Program-made: the position numbers and the translations under genes | The notes under the pieces: generated by a model | Database searches by the model: none | The model's input: only the letters and a program-made list of their open reading frames with translations | What the model was told of the DNA's origin: nothing | From: Hyphomicrobiaceae bacterium | GTDB lineage: Bacteria > Pseudomonadota > Alphaproteobacteria > Rhizobiales > Hyphomicrobiaceae | Reading direction: 5' to 3' | NCBI GenBank assembly: GCA_036555805.1 | Contig: DATBKR010000686.1 | Location: 1-48,311, forward strand | DNA: 48,311 nucleotides | Shown here: piece by piece, positions 29,567 to 37,358 of the stretch | Layout: each line of letters opens with the position of its first letter | How positions within the stretch are numbered: position 1 is the first letter of the stretch

Positions 29567-30562
29567 TTGCCAACGTTCCGAGCAGTGTTGCTGTGTGTCG
29601 TGGCCCTCGCCCTCGCAGGCGTCGAGGCGAGCGCGCAATCCGCGGTTTACCCCGACAGGCCCGTCAAGATCCTCGTGCCCTATGCCCCCGGCGGTGCCAC
29701 CGACATCGTGGCGCGCATCATCGGCGAGCAGATGCGCCAAATTCTCGGCCAGCCGGTGGTGATCGAGAACAAGCCGGGCGCGAACGGCATCATTGCGGTC
29801 GAGGAGATGGCGCGTTCGAAGCCCGACGGCCACACCCTGCTGGTCGGCAACGTGACGACCAACGCCATCGCGCCGGTGCTCTACCGCAAGCGATACAAGA
29901 TCAACTACGAGGCGGACGTGGTGCCGGTGCAGCGGCTGGTCGACATCCCGGCCTTCCTGCTGGTGACGACCACCAATTTCCCGCCCAAGACCGTCGCCGA
30001 GCTCGTCGACTACGCCAAGAAGAACCCGGGCAAGGTGCGCTACGGCACCGTCGGCGCCGGCTCCTATCCCCACTACGACATGGCATTCTTTGCCAAGCGC
30101 GCCGGCGCTCTCGACATGACGGCCATCCATAACAAGGCGGGCGCATCCGGCGTGATCAACGACATGATCACCGGCGACACCCAGGCCGCGTTCCTCAACG
30201 TGGCCTCGACAGCTGCCATGGTCAGGGCCGGCAAGCTCAAGCCGCTTGCGCTGGTCAACCACGAGCGCCTGCCCGAATATCCGGATGTGCCCACCATGAA
30301 GGAGGTCGGCTACCCCGACGTCGGCACGCTGGCTTGGCAGGCCCTGTTCGCGCCGTCCGGGACGCCGAAGGAGGTTCTGGAGAAACTCGCCAAGTCCTCC
30401 CTCGAGGCAATGCGCGCGCCTGCCAGCCAGGAAGTCTTCAGGAAGCAGAGCTTCAACATCGTGCCCAACAAGTCGCTCGACGAGGCCAAGGCCTGGCTCG
30501 CCGGAGAGATGGCAGCCTGGAAGAGGATCGCCGACGAGGTAAAGATCGAAACAGCCGAATAG
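29567..30562 (+). CDS. tctC: Tripartite tricarboxylate transporter substrate-binding protein (Bug/TctC family)
   Basis: The start is placed at TTG 29567 (GGGAGG 6 nt upstream; there is no in-frame ATG before the signal peptide FRAVLLCVVALALAGVEASA-Q). Contains YPDRPVKILVPYAPGGATDIVARI. Confidence 0.85.
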   Translation: MPTFRAVLLCVVALALAGVEASAQSAVYPDRPVKILVPYAPGGATDIVARIIGEQMRQILGQPVVIENKPGANGIIAVEEMARSKPDGHTLLVGNVTTNAIAPVLYRKRYKINYEADVVPVQRLVDIPAFLLVTTTNFPPKTVAELVDYAKKNPGKVRYGTVGAGSYPHYDMAFFAKRAGALDMTAIHNKAGASGVINDMITGDTQAAFLNVASTAAMVRAGKLKPLALVNHERLPEYPDVPTMKEVGYPDVGTLAWQALFAPSGTPKEVLEKLAKSSLEAMRAPASQEVFRKQSFNIVPNKSLDEAKAWLAGEMAAWKRIADEVKIETAE

Positions 30563-30684
30563 GGGGCGGCCGGCCGATCGAACGCGCCGCATCCAGCGGC
30601 GACGGGCAGTGCGGCGCGCGCGTTGTCGATCTGCCCCGTGCCGGTCAGTCGGCGGCGGGACCGGCATCGATCGGGAGAGCACGG

Positions 30685-31188
30685 ATGTCTGCGGACCACG
30701 CGAAGCCCAGGAGCTGGCTGCGTTGGCGGCTGGTGCTCCAGGGCAAGGACGTCCTGGCGGGCCTGTTGTTCATCGGCATCGCCGCCTTCGGACTCTGGGT
30801 CTCGCGGACCTATCCGGTTGGCACGGCGTCGCGCATGGGCACCGGTTATGTGCCGCGGCTGCTGTTATGGGTGCTGCTGGGACTTGGGGGGGCGATCCTG
30901 ACCTTGGGCCTTTGGAAAGCCGACCGGCCCCAGGAACCGGACATCCCCGCGGGGGCGGCCTGGCGCCCGGTCGTGTTCGTCGCCTTCAGCCTGGTGGCAT
31001 TCGCCTTCGCCCTCGAACGGCTTGGCCTCGTGGTGTCGATTCTGCTCCTGACAGGCATCGCCGCGGCGGCGGGGCGCGGCTCGCGACCCCTGGAGACCGC
31101 GACCGCCGCGCTCGTGCTGGTCGTCCTGTGCTGGTTGATTTTCATCGTCGGCCTTTCGCTGACCATTCCCGTGTGGCCCACGTTCTAG
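30685..31188 (+). CDS. tctB: Tripartite tricarboxylate transporter small membrane subunit (TctB family)
   Basis: The track ORF 30334..31188 is trimmed to the ATG at 30685. It encodes 167 aa with four hydrophobic segments and lies between tctC and tctA. Confidence 0.75.
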   Translation: MSADHAKPRSWLRWRLVLQGKDVLAGLLFIGIAAFGLWVSRTYPVGTASRMGTGYVPRLLLWVLLGLGGAILTLGLWKADRPQEPDIPAGAAWRPVVFVAFSLVAFAFALERLGLVVSILLLTGIAAAAGRGSRPLETATAALVLVVLCWLIFIVGLSLTIPVWPTF

Positions 31189-31192
31189 CCCG

Positions 31193-32701
31193 ATGGGACT
31201 CCTCCAGAACCTTGCGACCGGCTTCGGCGTCGCCATGACGCCCTCGAATTTGCTCTTTGCCTTCGTCGGGGCCCTGATCGGGACGCTGATCGGCGTCCTT
31301 CCCGGCATCGGTCCCATTGCCACCATCGCCATGCTGCTGCCGCTGACCTTTCAGCTGGAGCCGACCTCGGGCATGATCATGCTCGCCGGGATCTTCTACG
31401 GAGCGCAGTATGGCGGCTCGACCTCCGCCATTCTCGTCAATCTTCCGGGCGAGACCTCCTCGGTCGTCACCTGCATCGACGGCCACCAGATGGCCCGGCA
31501 GGGCCGGGCCGGGGCGGCGCTGGCCGTCGCGGCGCTGGGGTCGTTCTTCGCCGGCTGCGTGAGCACGGCACTGATCGCGGCTTGCGCTCCGCCGCTCGCC
31601 CTGGTCGGCCAGTCTTTTGGGGCACCGGAATATTTCTCGCTCATGCTGTTCGGCCTCACCGCGGCGGTCGTGCTGGCGCATGGCTCGGTGATCAAGGCGG
31701 TCGCAATGATCGTCCTCGGGCTCCTGGTCGGGCTCGTCGGAACCGACGGCCAGACCGGCGGCATGCGTTTCACCTTCGGCATCACCGAGTTGAGCGACGG
31801 GATCGACGTCGCCACGCTTGCCATCGGCCTCTTCGGCGTCGCAGAAATCATCGCCAACTTGGCGCGCACCGAGGAGAAGCGCGCGATCCTTTCTCAGAAG
31901 ATTGCGCGGCTCTGGCCGACGAGCGACGACTTCCGCCGCTCCTGGCCCGCCGTGCTGCGCGGCACGACGCTCGGCTCGCTGCTCGGCGTACTCCCCGGCG
32001 GCGGCGCCATGCTGAGCTCCTTCGCCGCCTATGCCCTGGAGAAGAAAGTCTCCGCTACGCCCTCCCAGTTCGGTCGAGGGGCGGTGGAGGGCGTGGCCGG
32101 CCCCGAATCTGCCAACAATGCCGGAGCCCAGACCTCCTTCATTCCGATGCTGACGCTGGGGCTGCCCGGCAACGCCGTCATGGCGCTCATGATCGGCGCT
32201 CTCACCATCCACGGCATCCAGCCGGGACCGCAGGTCATGACCGAGCGTCCCGGCATGTTCTGGGGTCTGGTCGTCAGTATGTGGATCGGCAACCTGATGC
32301 TGCTCATCATCAACCTGCCTCTGATCGGCGTGTGGGTGCAGCTGCTCAAGGTCCCCTATCGCTTCCTCTACCTGGCAATCCTGCTGTTCTGCGGCATCGG
32401 CGTTTACACCGTGAACAACAGCCCGGCCGCGGTTCTCCTCGCCGCCTTCTTCGGTGTCGCCGGTTACGTGTTCATGAAGCTCGAATGCGAGCCGGCGCCG
32501 ATGATCCTCGGCTTCGTGCTCGGTCCACTGATGGAGGACAATCTGCGCCGGGCGCTGCGCATCTCCGGCGGCGACCCGATGATCTTCATCGAGCGTCGTA
32601 TCAGCCTCGCCCTGTTGACCGCGACCTTGGCGCTGTTGCTGGTGCTCGTCCTGCCCTTCATCCGCAAGACACGCCAGGAGGCGTTCCAGGCCGAGGGATA
32701 G
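31193..32701 (+). CDS. tctA: Tripartite tricarboxylate transporter large permease (TctA family)
   Basis: 502 aa, polytopic. Contains GVLPGIGPIATIAMLLPLTF and GAQYGGSTSAILVNLPGE. Confidence 0.9.
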   Translation: MGLLQNLATGFGVAMTPSNLLFAFVGALIGTLIGVLPGIGPIATIAMLLPLTFQLEPTSGMIMLAGIFYGAQYGGSTSAILVNLPGETSSVVTCIDGHQMARQGRAGAALAVAALGSFFAGCVSTALIAACAPPLALVGQSFGAPEYFSLMLFGLTAAVVLAHGSVIKAVAMIVLGLLVGLVGTDGQTGGMRFTFGITELSDGIDVATLAIGLFGVAEIIANLARTEEKRAILSQKIARLWPTSDDFRRSWPAVLRGTTLGSLLGVLPGGGAMLSSFAAYALEKKVSATPSQFGRGAVEGVAGPESANNAGAQTSFIPMLTLGLPGNAVMALMIGALTIHGIQPGPQVMTERPGMFWGLVVSMWIGNLMLLIINLPLIGVWVQLLKVPYRFLYLAILLFCGIGVYTVNNSPAAVLLAAFFGVAGYVFMKLECEPAPMILGFVLGPLMEDNLRRALRISGGDPMIFIERRISLALLTATLALLLVLVLPFIRKTRQEAFQAEG

Positions 32702-32741
32702 CTTTCCCAACCCGGCGCTGATAGTGCGGTGCTCGGGCTAG

Positions 32742-33854
32742 CTAGCGCGCGGCCTCCTCGGGCGTCAGCGGCAAGGCGACAGCGGCCTTGCGCCTGGCGG
32801 ACAGGTCGAGCGCCTTGGTCAACATCAGGTTGCGGTGCGCCTCGCGCGCGGTGGCGGCGGGCGTAGGCAGCCCGAGAGAGACGCGGTTGAGCCACGCCAC
32901 GGTCTCGTCCGCCATCGGTCCGCGAAGCTCGCCCAGCGCCATGTCGCCGGGCGGGTAGGAGCCCATGAAATCGACCAGCCGGCCGCGGTCGGGCGCGTAG
33001 CCCTCCTCCTGCGGGTTGGAGACGGCCAGCACCATGTCGCGGTGGGTGTCGTCGATGGTGAGCACCCCGTGCGTGCCGTTGATCCCCACCTCCAGGCTGT
33101 AGACCGCGCCCGGCCACGTCACCGGCAGCGCCCAGGAGATGTTGAGGTGGTAGACGCTGCCGTCGGAAAACATGATCATGCCCGCGGTGGCGTCGATGCC
33201 GCCGTACTGCGGGCCCAGCACCTTGTCGACGGAGCGGGCGTAGCACTCGACCGGCGTCTTGGCCTCCATGCACCACATGACGATGTCGAGCGCGTGGCTG
33301 CCGGAGATCACCATGGGCGATATCGTGGACGGGTCGTCCGTGCGCTTGTAGTTGTCGACGGCAACCAGGCGGTTCATGAAGGCGCGGCTGGTGACGAGCG
33401 TGACATCGCCGAGCGCACCGGTGCGCACCTTCTCCTTGGCCGAGAGCCACTTGCGACGGAAGCGCTGGGTATAGCCGACGACCGCGTCGATGCCGGCCTT
33501 TTCGATCGCCGCCAGAACCGCGGCGGACTGGGCGAGGTCGGTCGCCAGCGGCTTCTCGATCAGCAGCGGCAGGCCGCGCTCGACCGCGGCCAGGGTCGGC
33601 GCCACGTGCAGGTGTTCGTCGGTGGCAATGATGGCGGCGGTCACCTCCGGCCGGGCCAGCAGCTCCCGGTGGTCCTGGGTGACGAAGTCGGCACCGATCC
33701 CGGCCGCCACCTCGCCGGCGCGGTTGGGGCTCTTCTCGGCGAGCCCGATCCAGCCCACGGACGGGTGACGCGTGGCCACCTCGCCGCGGAACAGGCCCAC
33801 CCGGCCGCCGCCGACGATGGCGAGACCGATCTCCTTCGCTGCGCGGCCCCTCAT
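32742..33854 (-). CDS. Gfo/Idh/MocA-family NAD(P)-dependent oxidoreductase
   Basis: The track ORF 32742..34850 is trimmed to the Met of MRGRAAKEIGLAIVGGGRVG (cat at 33852-33854). Contains the LLIEKPLA (EKP) motif. About 370 aa. Confidence 0.8.
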   Translation of the reverse strand: MRGRAAKEIGLAIVGGGRVGLFRGEVATRHPSVGWIGLAEKSPNRAGEVAAGIGADFVTQDHRELLARPEVTAAIIATDEHLHVAPTLAAVERGLPLLIEKPLATDLAQSAAVLAAIEKAGIDAVVGYTQRFRRKWLSAKEKVRTGALGDVTLVTSRAFMNRLVAVDNYKRTDDPSTISPMVISGSHALDIVMWCMEAKTPVECYARSVDKVLGPQYGGIDATAGMIMFSDGSVYHLNISWALPVTWPGAVYSLEVGINGTHGVLTIDDTHRDMVLAVSNPQEEGYAPDRGRLVDFMGSYPPGDMALGELRGPMADETVAWLNRVSLGLPTPAATAREAHRNLMLTKALDLSARRKAAVALPLTPEEAAR

Positions 33855-33937
33855 CGCACCCCCGGTTCGCGATGCACTGTACGCGGTCGAATCGACACCG
33901 CAATGCCAGTGTTGTGTCTCTAACAGAGCGAATACTT

Positions 33938-34029
33938 TGTCATGCCGGGACTTGTTCCCGGCATCCAGCCTACAGCTTGCGCCGGCGCCAGTGATGGGAT
34001 GGATTCCGGCGACAAGCGCCGGAATGACA
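33938..34029. repeat. REP/MITE-like inverted pair of hairpin units (TGTCATGCCGGG..CCCGGCATCC type)
   Basis: tgtcatgccgggacttgttcccggcatcc (33938-33966) is mirrored by ggattccggcgacaagcgccggaatgaca (34001-34029). Each unit is itself a hairpin. It resembles the widespread alphaproteobacterial repeat that translates as MPGLVPGIH. Confidence 0.7.
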
Positions 34030-34217
34030 TAGTACGAAGCGTCGGAGTCACAACACTCTAGCATGGGGCATGCGCAGCGGCCAGCCGACCCGGCAACGGT
34101 CGACCCGGCAATCGCCGCGCCGTGCCGCGCGGTGCGTGCCGCGCGGTGCGTTGACGTGTACGGCCCGCACCCGATAGCCTCGCTGCACAACGACAAGCGT
34201 CGGCCCGGGAGGAAATC

Positions 34218-34928
34218 ATGCAGTCCGTACTCAAATCGGCACTCGCGCTCGCCGTCCTGGCTGCCATGGCGGCTGCCGTCCGCGCCCAGGCCCCGGCACC
34301 GCCCCCCGCTCCGCCGGACGGCCCGCGCTATGCCGTCACCTACATCGAGGTGAAGTCGACCGCCGCCATCGAGGCGCAGAAGCTGGTGCGGGGCTTCCGC
34401 GACGCTGCCCGCAAGGAGGCCGGCAATCTGCGGGAGGAGGCCGTGCAGCGCATCGGCCAGATAAACCAGTTCGTGCTGCTGGAGGCGTGGAAGGACCAGG
34501 CGGCCGTCGATGCCCACTTCAAGGCGCCCACCACGGCGGAGTTCCGCGACAAGATCAAGTCGATCCAGAACGCGCCCATCGACGACCGCGTGCATTTCGC
34601 GCTGTCGGTAGGACCCGTGCAGCTCAAGGCGACCGCCGCGGCGGTTGCGGTAGTGACGCACGTCGACGTGATCCCGCCGCAGCGCGAGAACGGCACTGCC
34701 TTCACCAGGCAGCTGGCCGAGGAGAGCCGCAAGGAGGCCGGCAACATGCGCTTCGAGGCGGTGACCCAGGTCAATCGGCAGAACCACTTCACCGTGATCG
34801 AGGTGTGGCGCGACCGCAAGACCGTCGATGTGCACAGCATGGCGGAACACACGCGCGCGTTCCGCGACAAGCTCGCCCCCGCCGCCGGCGCGCTTTACGA
34901 CGAACGCTTCTACCGCTTCATGGACTGA
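34218..34928 (+). CDS. Periplasmic protein with two tandem ABM (antibiotic-biosynthesis-monooxygenase-like) domains
   Basis: 236 aa. Signal peptide MQSVLKSALALAVLAAMAAAVRA-QA. Two repeats of the ferredoxin-like pattern: ...NQFVLLEAWKDQAAVDAHFKAPTTAEFR... and ...NHFTVIEVWRDRKTVDVHSMAEHTRAFR... Confidence 0.7.
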   Translation: MQSVLKSALALAVLAAMAAAVRAQAPAPPPAPPDGPRYAVTYIEVKSTAAIEAQKLVRGFRDAARKEAGNLREEAVQRIGQINQFVLLEAWKDQAAVDAHFKAPTTAEFRDKIKSIQNAPIDDRVHFALSVGPVQLKATAAAVAVVTHVDVIPPQRENGTAFTRQLAEESRKEAGNMRFEAVTQVNRQNHFTVIEVWRDRKTVDVHSMAEHTRAFRDKLAPAAGALYDERFYRFMD

Positions 34929-34942
34929 GGAGCGGGCCGCGC

Positions 34943-35824
34943 ATGCCGCAAACTACGGTTCGGATGGGGGGCTACCAGCCGGCGACCTCCATCCTGACGC
35001 GCGCGCTGCGCCGGCTGGCGGCGTCGCTCGCCGCCGCTTCGGGAGCGGAGTGGCAGGTGCAGGCGATCCGCGACGTGACCGAGCGGGGCGCCCGCGCCGC
35101 AGACGTGCTGGCGATGGTCGAGCGCGGCGAGGTCGAGATCTGCTATTTCGCCGCGGGCTATCTGGCCGGTCGCGTCCCCGCACTCGGCCAATTCGACGAG
35201 CCGTTCCCCGCAGCGGACCGGACGCGACTTTACGCCGATCTCGACGGCGAGCGGGGCGCGCGGCTCGCCGGCGAGCTCGACAGGCTCACCGGCTACAAGC
35301 TGCTGGGCTTCTGGGACAACGGGCTGCGCCACATCTCCAACCGGCTGCGCCCGATCCGCCATCCCGACGACTGCCGGGGCATGCGCATCCGCACCCTCGA
35401 CAATGCCATGTACAGCAGGGTGCTGGCCGCCGTCGGCTTCACGCCTGTGGTGATCGACGTGAAGGACCTGGCGCGCGCCGTCGAGACCCGCGCGGTGGAC
35501 GCCCAGGAGAACCCGCTCACCAACACCGTCAACTTCGGTCTCCACAAGACCCACAAGTACCTGAGCCTCACCTCGCATTTCCATGGGCTAGCCCTCCTGC
35601 TCGCCAACCGCGCCTGGTTCGACGGGCTCACCGCCGCCTTGCAGGCGGCCCTGCGGTCGGCCGCCGCCGATGCGACCGCCGCCCAGCGCCAATGGGCGAT
35701 CGACGAGGATGCCCTGTGCCTGGAGCGCCTGGACGCGGAGGGCGTGACGATCGTGCCGGCCGAGGAGATCGACTTCGCCGCCTTCCGCGCCGCGGTTGGT
35801 CGCGCAACTCACGGACAGGATTAA
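34943..35824 (+). CDS. DctP-family (TRAP-type) solute-binding-like protein without a signal peptide; no dctQM nearby
   Basis: The track ORF 34487..35824 is trimmed to the ATG at 34943 (GAGGAG 10 nt upstream). It starts MPQTTVRMGGYQ. Contains FWDNGLRHISN, MRIRTLDN and VDAQENPLTN, a pattern typical of DctP-like SBPs. Confidence 0.7.
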   Translation: MPQTTVRMGGYQPATSILTRALRRLAASLAAASGAEWQVQAIRDVTERGARAADVLAMVERGEVEICYFAAGYLAGRVPALGQFDEPFPAADRTRLYADLDGERGARLAGELDRLTGYKLLGFWDNGLRHISNRLRPIRHPDDCRGMRIRTLDNAMYSRVLAAVGFTPVVIDVKDLARAVETRAVDAQENPLTNTVNFGLHKTHKYLSLTSHFHGLALLLANRAWFDGLTAALQAALRSAAADATAAQRQWAIDEDALCLERLDAEGVTIVPAEEIDFAAFRAAVGRATHGQD

Positions 35825-36089
35825 CGCGGATTAACGGGCCAGGCGCGGCTCCGACGCGCCGACCCCGATTCGCTCGAGGTCCGCCGCCAGATGACCGCCG
35901 AAGCGCCCAGGAAGGCCGTGGAGCGCCCTCGCGGGCCGGACTGGGGGGGTTAACACCTCTGCAGCAAGGAAGGCGCCAGCGGCCAAATTTGTTTGGTACA
36001 TGCAAGCGTCCGTGGGGGCAGGCCCTGCCGGCCTTGCCCCATGGCATCCACCACTCGTTCACCGGGCCCAGGCGAAGCCGCAGTCCGGC

Positions 36090-36515
36090 CTACGGCATCG
36101 CCTCGATGCGGGCAACCCAGGGGACGGCGGCGAGGCGGGAGAGGTTGTCGGGGGAGACGTTGCGCAGGCGGATGCGGTTCAGCGCGCCGTCGCGGCCGGC
36201 AAACACGCCGTACTCGGCCACGCGCTCGTTGTGGAAGCGGTCGGGCATGAAGCCGAGCACGACAGTCACGTTGCGGGAGGTGGCGGCGCCGCGCAGCGCG
36301 GGGTCGAGGCGGTTGAACGCGGTGGCGCGGCCATAGAGGTCCTGGCCGAACAGAACGAGCGCAATGAGGGCGATCCCCGCGGCGATCTTGCGACCCTCGG
36401 GGCCGAGACGCGGGATCAGACCCCTCGCACCCGCGATCTCTTTCGACACCGACGTTGGAGGCGAGGGGTCTGACCCCTTCTGGTGCGAGGGGTCTGACCC
36501 CTTTGGGTCGCTCAC
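36090..36515 (-). CDS. Hypothetical single-pass membrane protein, last gene of the NitT/TauT operon; N-terminus encoded by REP copies, true start uncertain
   Basis: GTG start at 36515. The first ~35 codons (SDPKGSDPSHQKGSDPS...) are translated REP sequence. Then comes a TM segment, RKIAAGIALIALVLFG, and a ~85-aa domain that I cannot assign to any family. Confidence 0.4.
   Translation of the reverse strand: MSDPKGSDPSHQKGSDPSPPTSVSKEIAGARGLIPRLGPEGRKIAAGIALIALVLFGQDLYGRATAFNRLDPALRGAATSRNVTVVLGFMPDRFHNERVAEYGVFAGRDGALNRIRLRNVSPDNLSRLAAVPWVARIEAMP
36412..36503. repeat. REP-like GCGAGGGGTCTGACCCCTT units (two direct copies 24 nt apart plus one inverted copy)
   Basis: Direct copies lie at 36461-36479 and 36485-36503. 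An inverted, slightly diverged copy (gggatcagacccctcgc) lies at 36412-36428. The core GGGTCTGACCC is itself palindromic. Confidence 0.75.
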
Positions 36516-36518
36516 GGC

Positions 36519-37358
36519 CTACTCCTCCTTTCCCGCGTCGAACACCAGGCCCCAGCGTTGCACCGTCCGCTGCTCGATCGGCAGCAGCAGCCACCGGTCC
36601 ATGGCGACGGCGATCAGCCCGATAATGAGGCAGCCGCCGATGACGATGTCGGAGCGGTGGTACTCGGTGGCGCCGAAGATCATCTGGCCGAGCCCGGTGG
36701 TGGCGCCGACCAGCTCTGCGGCGATCAGCGCGCGCCAGCCGAAGCCGAGACCGGACCTGAGCCCGGTGAGGATGTAGGGCGATGCGCCCGGCAGGATGAC
36801 GCTGCGGATGACCTCCCAGCGCCCGCCGCCCAGCGCCTCTACGCCCTGGGCGTAGACCTGCGGGACCAGCTGCACGCCGAGCACGGTGTTCTGGAACACG
36901 ATGAAGAACACCGTATTCCAGATCAGGAACACGGCGAGCGCGGTGCCGATGCCGAGCCAGCCGATCATCAGCGGCAGCCACACGATGCCGGAGATGGCGT
37001 TGAAGAACACGATCAGCGGGCTCAGGAACTCCGCAATCGGCCGGTTGAGCCCGACGATGAAGCCGCCGATCACCCCGCTGGCGACGCCCAGCGCCACCCC
37101 GAGCAGCAGCCGCCACAGGCTCGCCAGCACATGCACGGCGAGCTCGCCCTTCACAGCCAGCTCCCACATGGCGCCGGCCACGTCCTGCACGGCCGGCAGG
37201 GTCTCGGCCGATGGCCGGGCGATGGCCCAGCAGGCGACCCAGGCCGCCAGGATCAGCAAGAAGGGGGTGAGCGGCAGCAGCCGCCAGACGACCGGCTGGG
37301 CCCTCCGGCGTGCAGCGGACCGGCGGGCTAGACCTCCCTCGATGGCCGTATCGCTCAT
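36519..37358 (-). CDS. ABC transporter permease (NitT/TauT, SsuC/TauC-like)
   Basis: The track ORF 36519..38330 is trimmed to the Met of MSDTAIEGG (cat at 37356-37358). About 279 aa. The EAA-like loop is ALGGGRWEVIRSVILPGASPYILTGLRSGLGFGWRALIAAE. Confidence 0.85.
   Translation of the reverse strand: MSDTAIEGGLARRSAARRRAQPVVWRLLPLTPFLLILAAWVACWAIARPSAETLPAVQDVAGAMWELAVKGELAVHVLASLWRLLLGVALGVASGVIGGFIVGLNRPIAEFLSPLIVFFNAISGIVWLPLMIGWLGIGTALAVFLIWNTVFFIVFQNTVLGVQLVPQVYAQGVEALGGGRWEVIRSVILPGASPYILTGLRSGLGFGWRALIAAELVGATTGLGQMIFGATEYHRSDIVIGGCLIIGLIAVAMDRWLLLPIEQRTVQRWGLVFDAGKEE

Noticed and set aside
36412-36503. Possible CRISPR-like array, suggested by two identical 19-nt units spaced 24 nt apart.
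   Set aside because: There are only two direct copies with a 5-nt gap, plus an inverted copy. The unit is itself palindromic and lies inside an operon. No cas genes are present and there is no spacer-sized unique sequence, so this is REP-type and not CRISPR.
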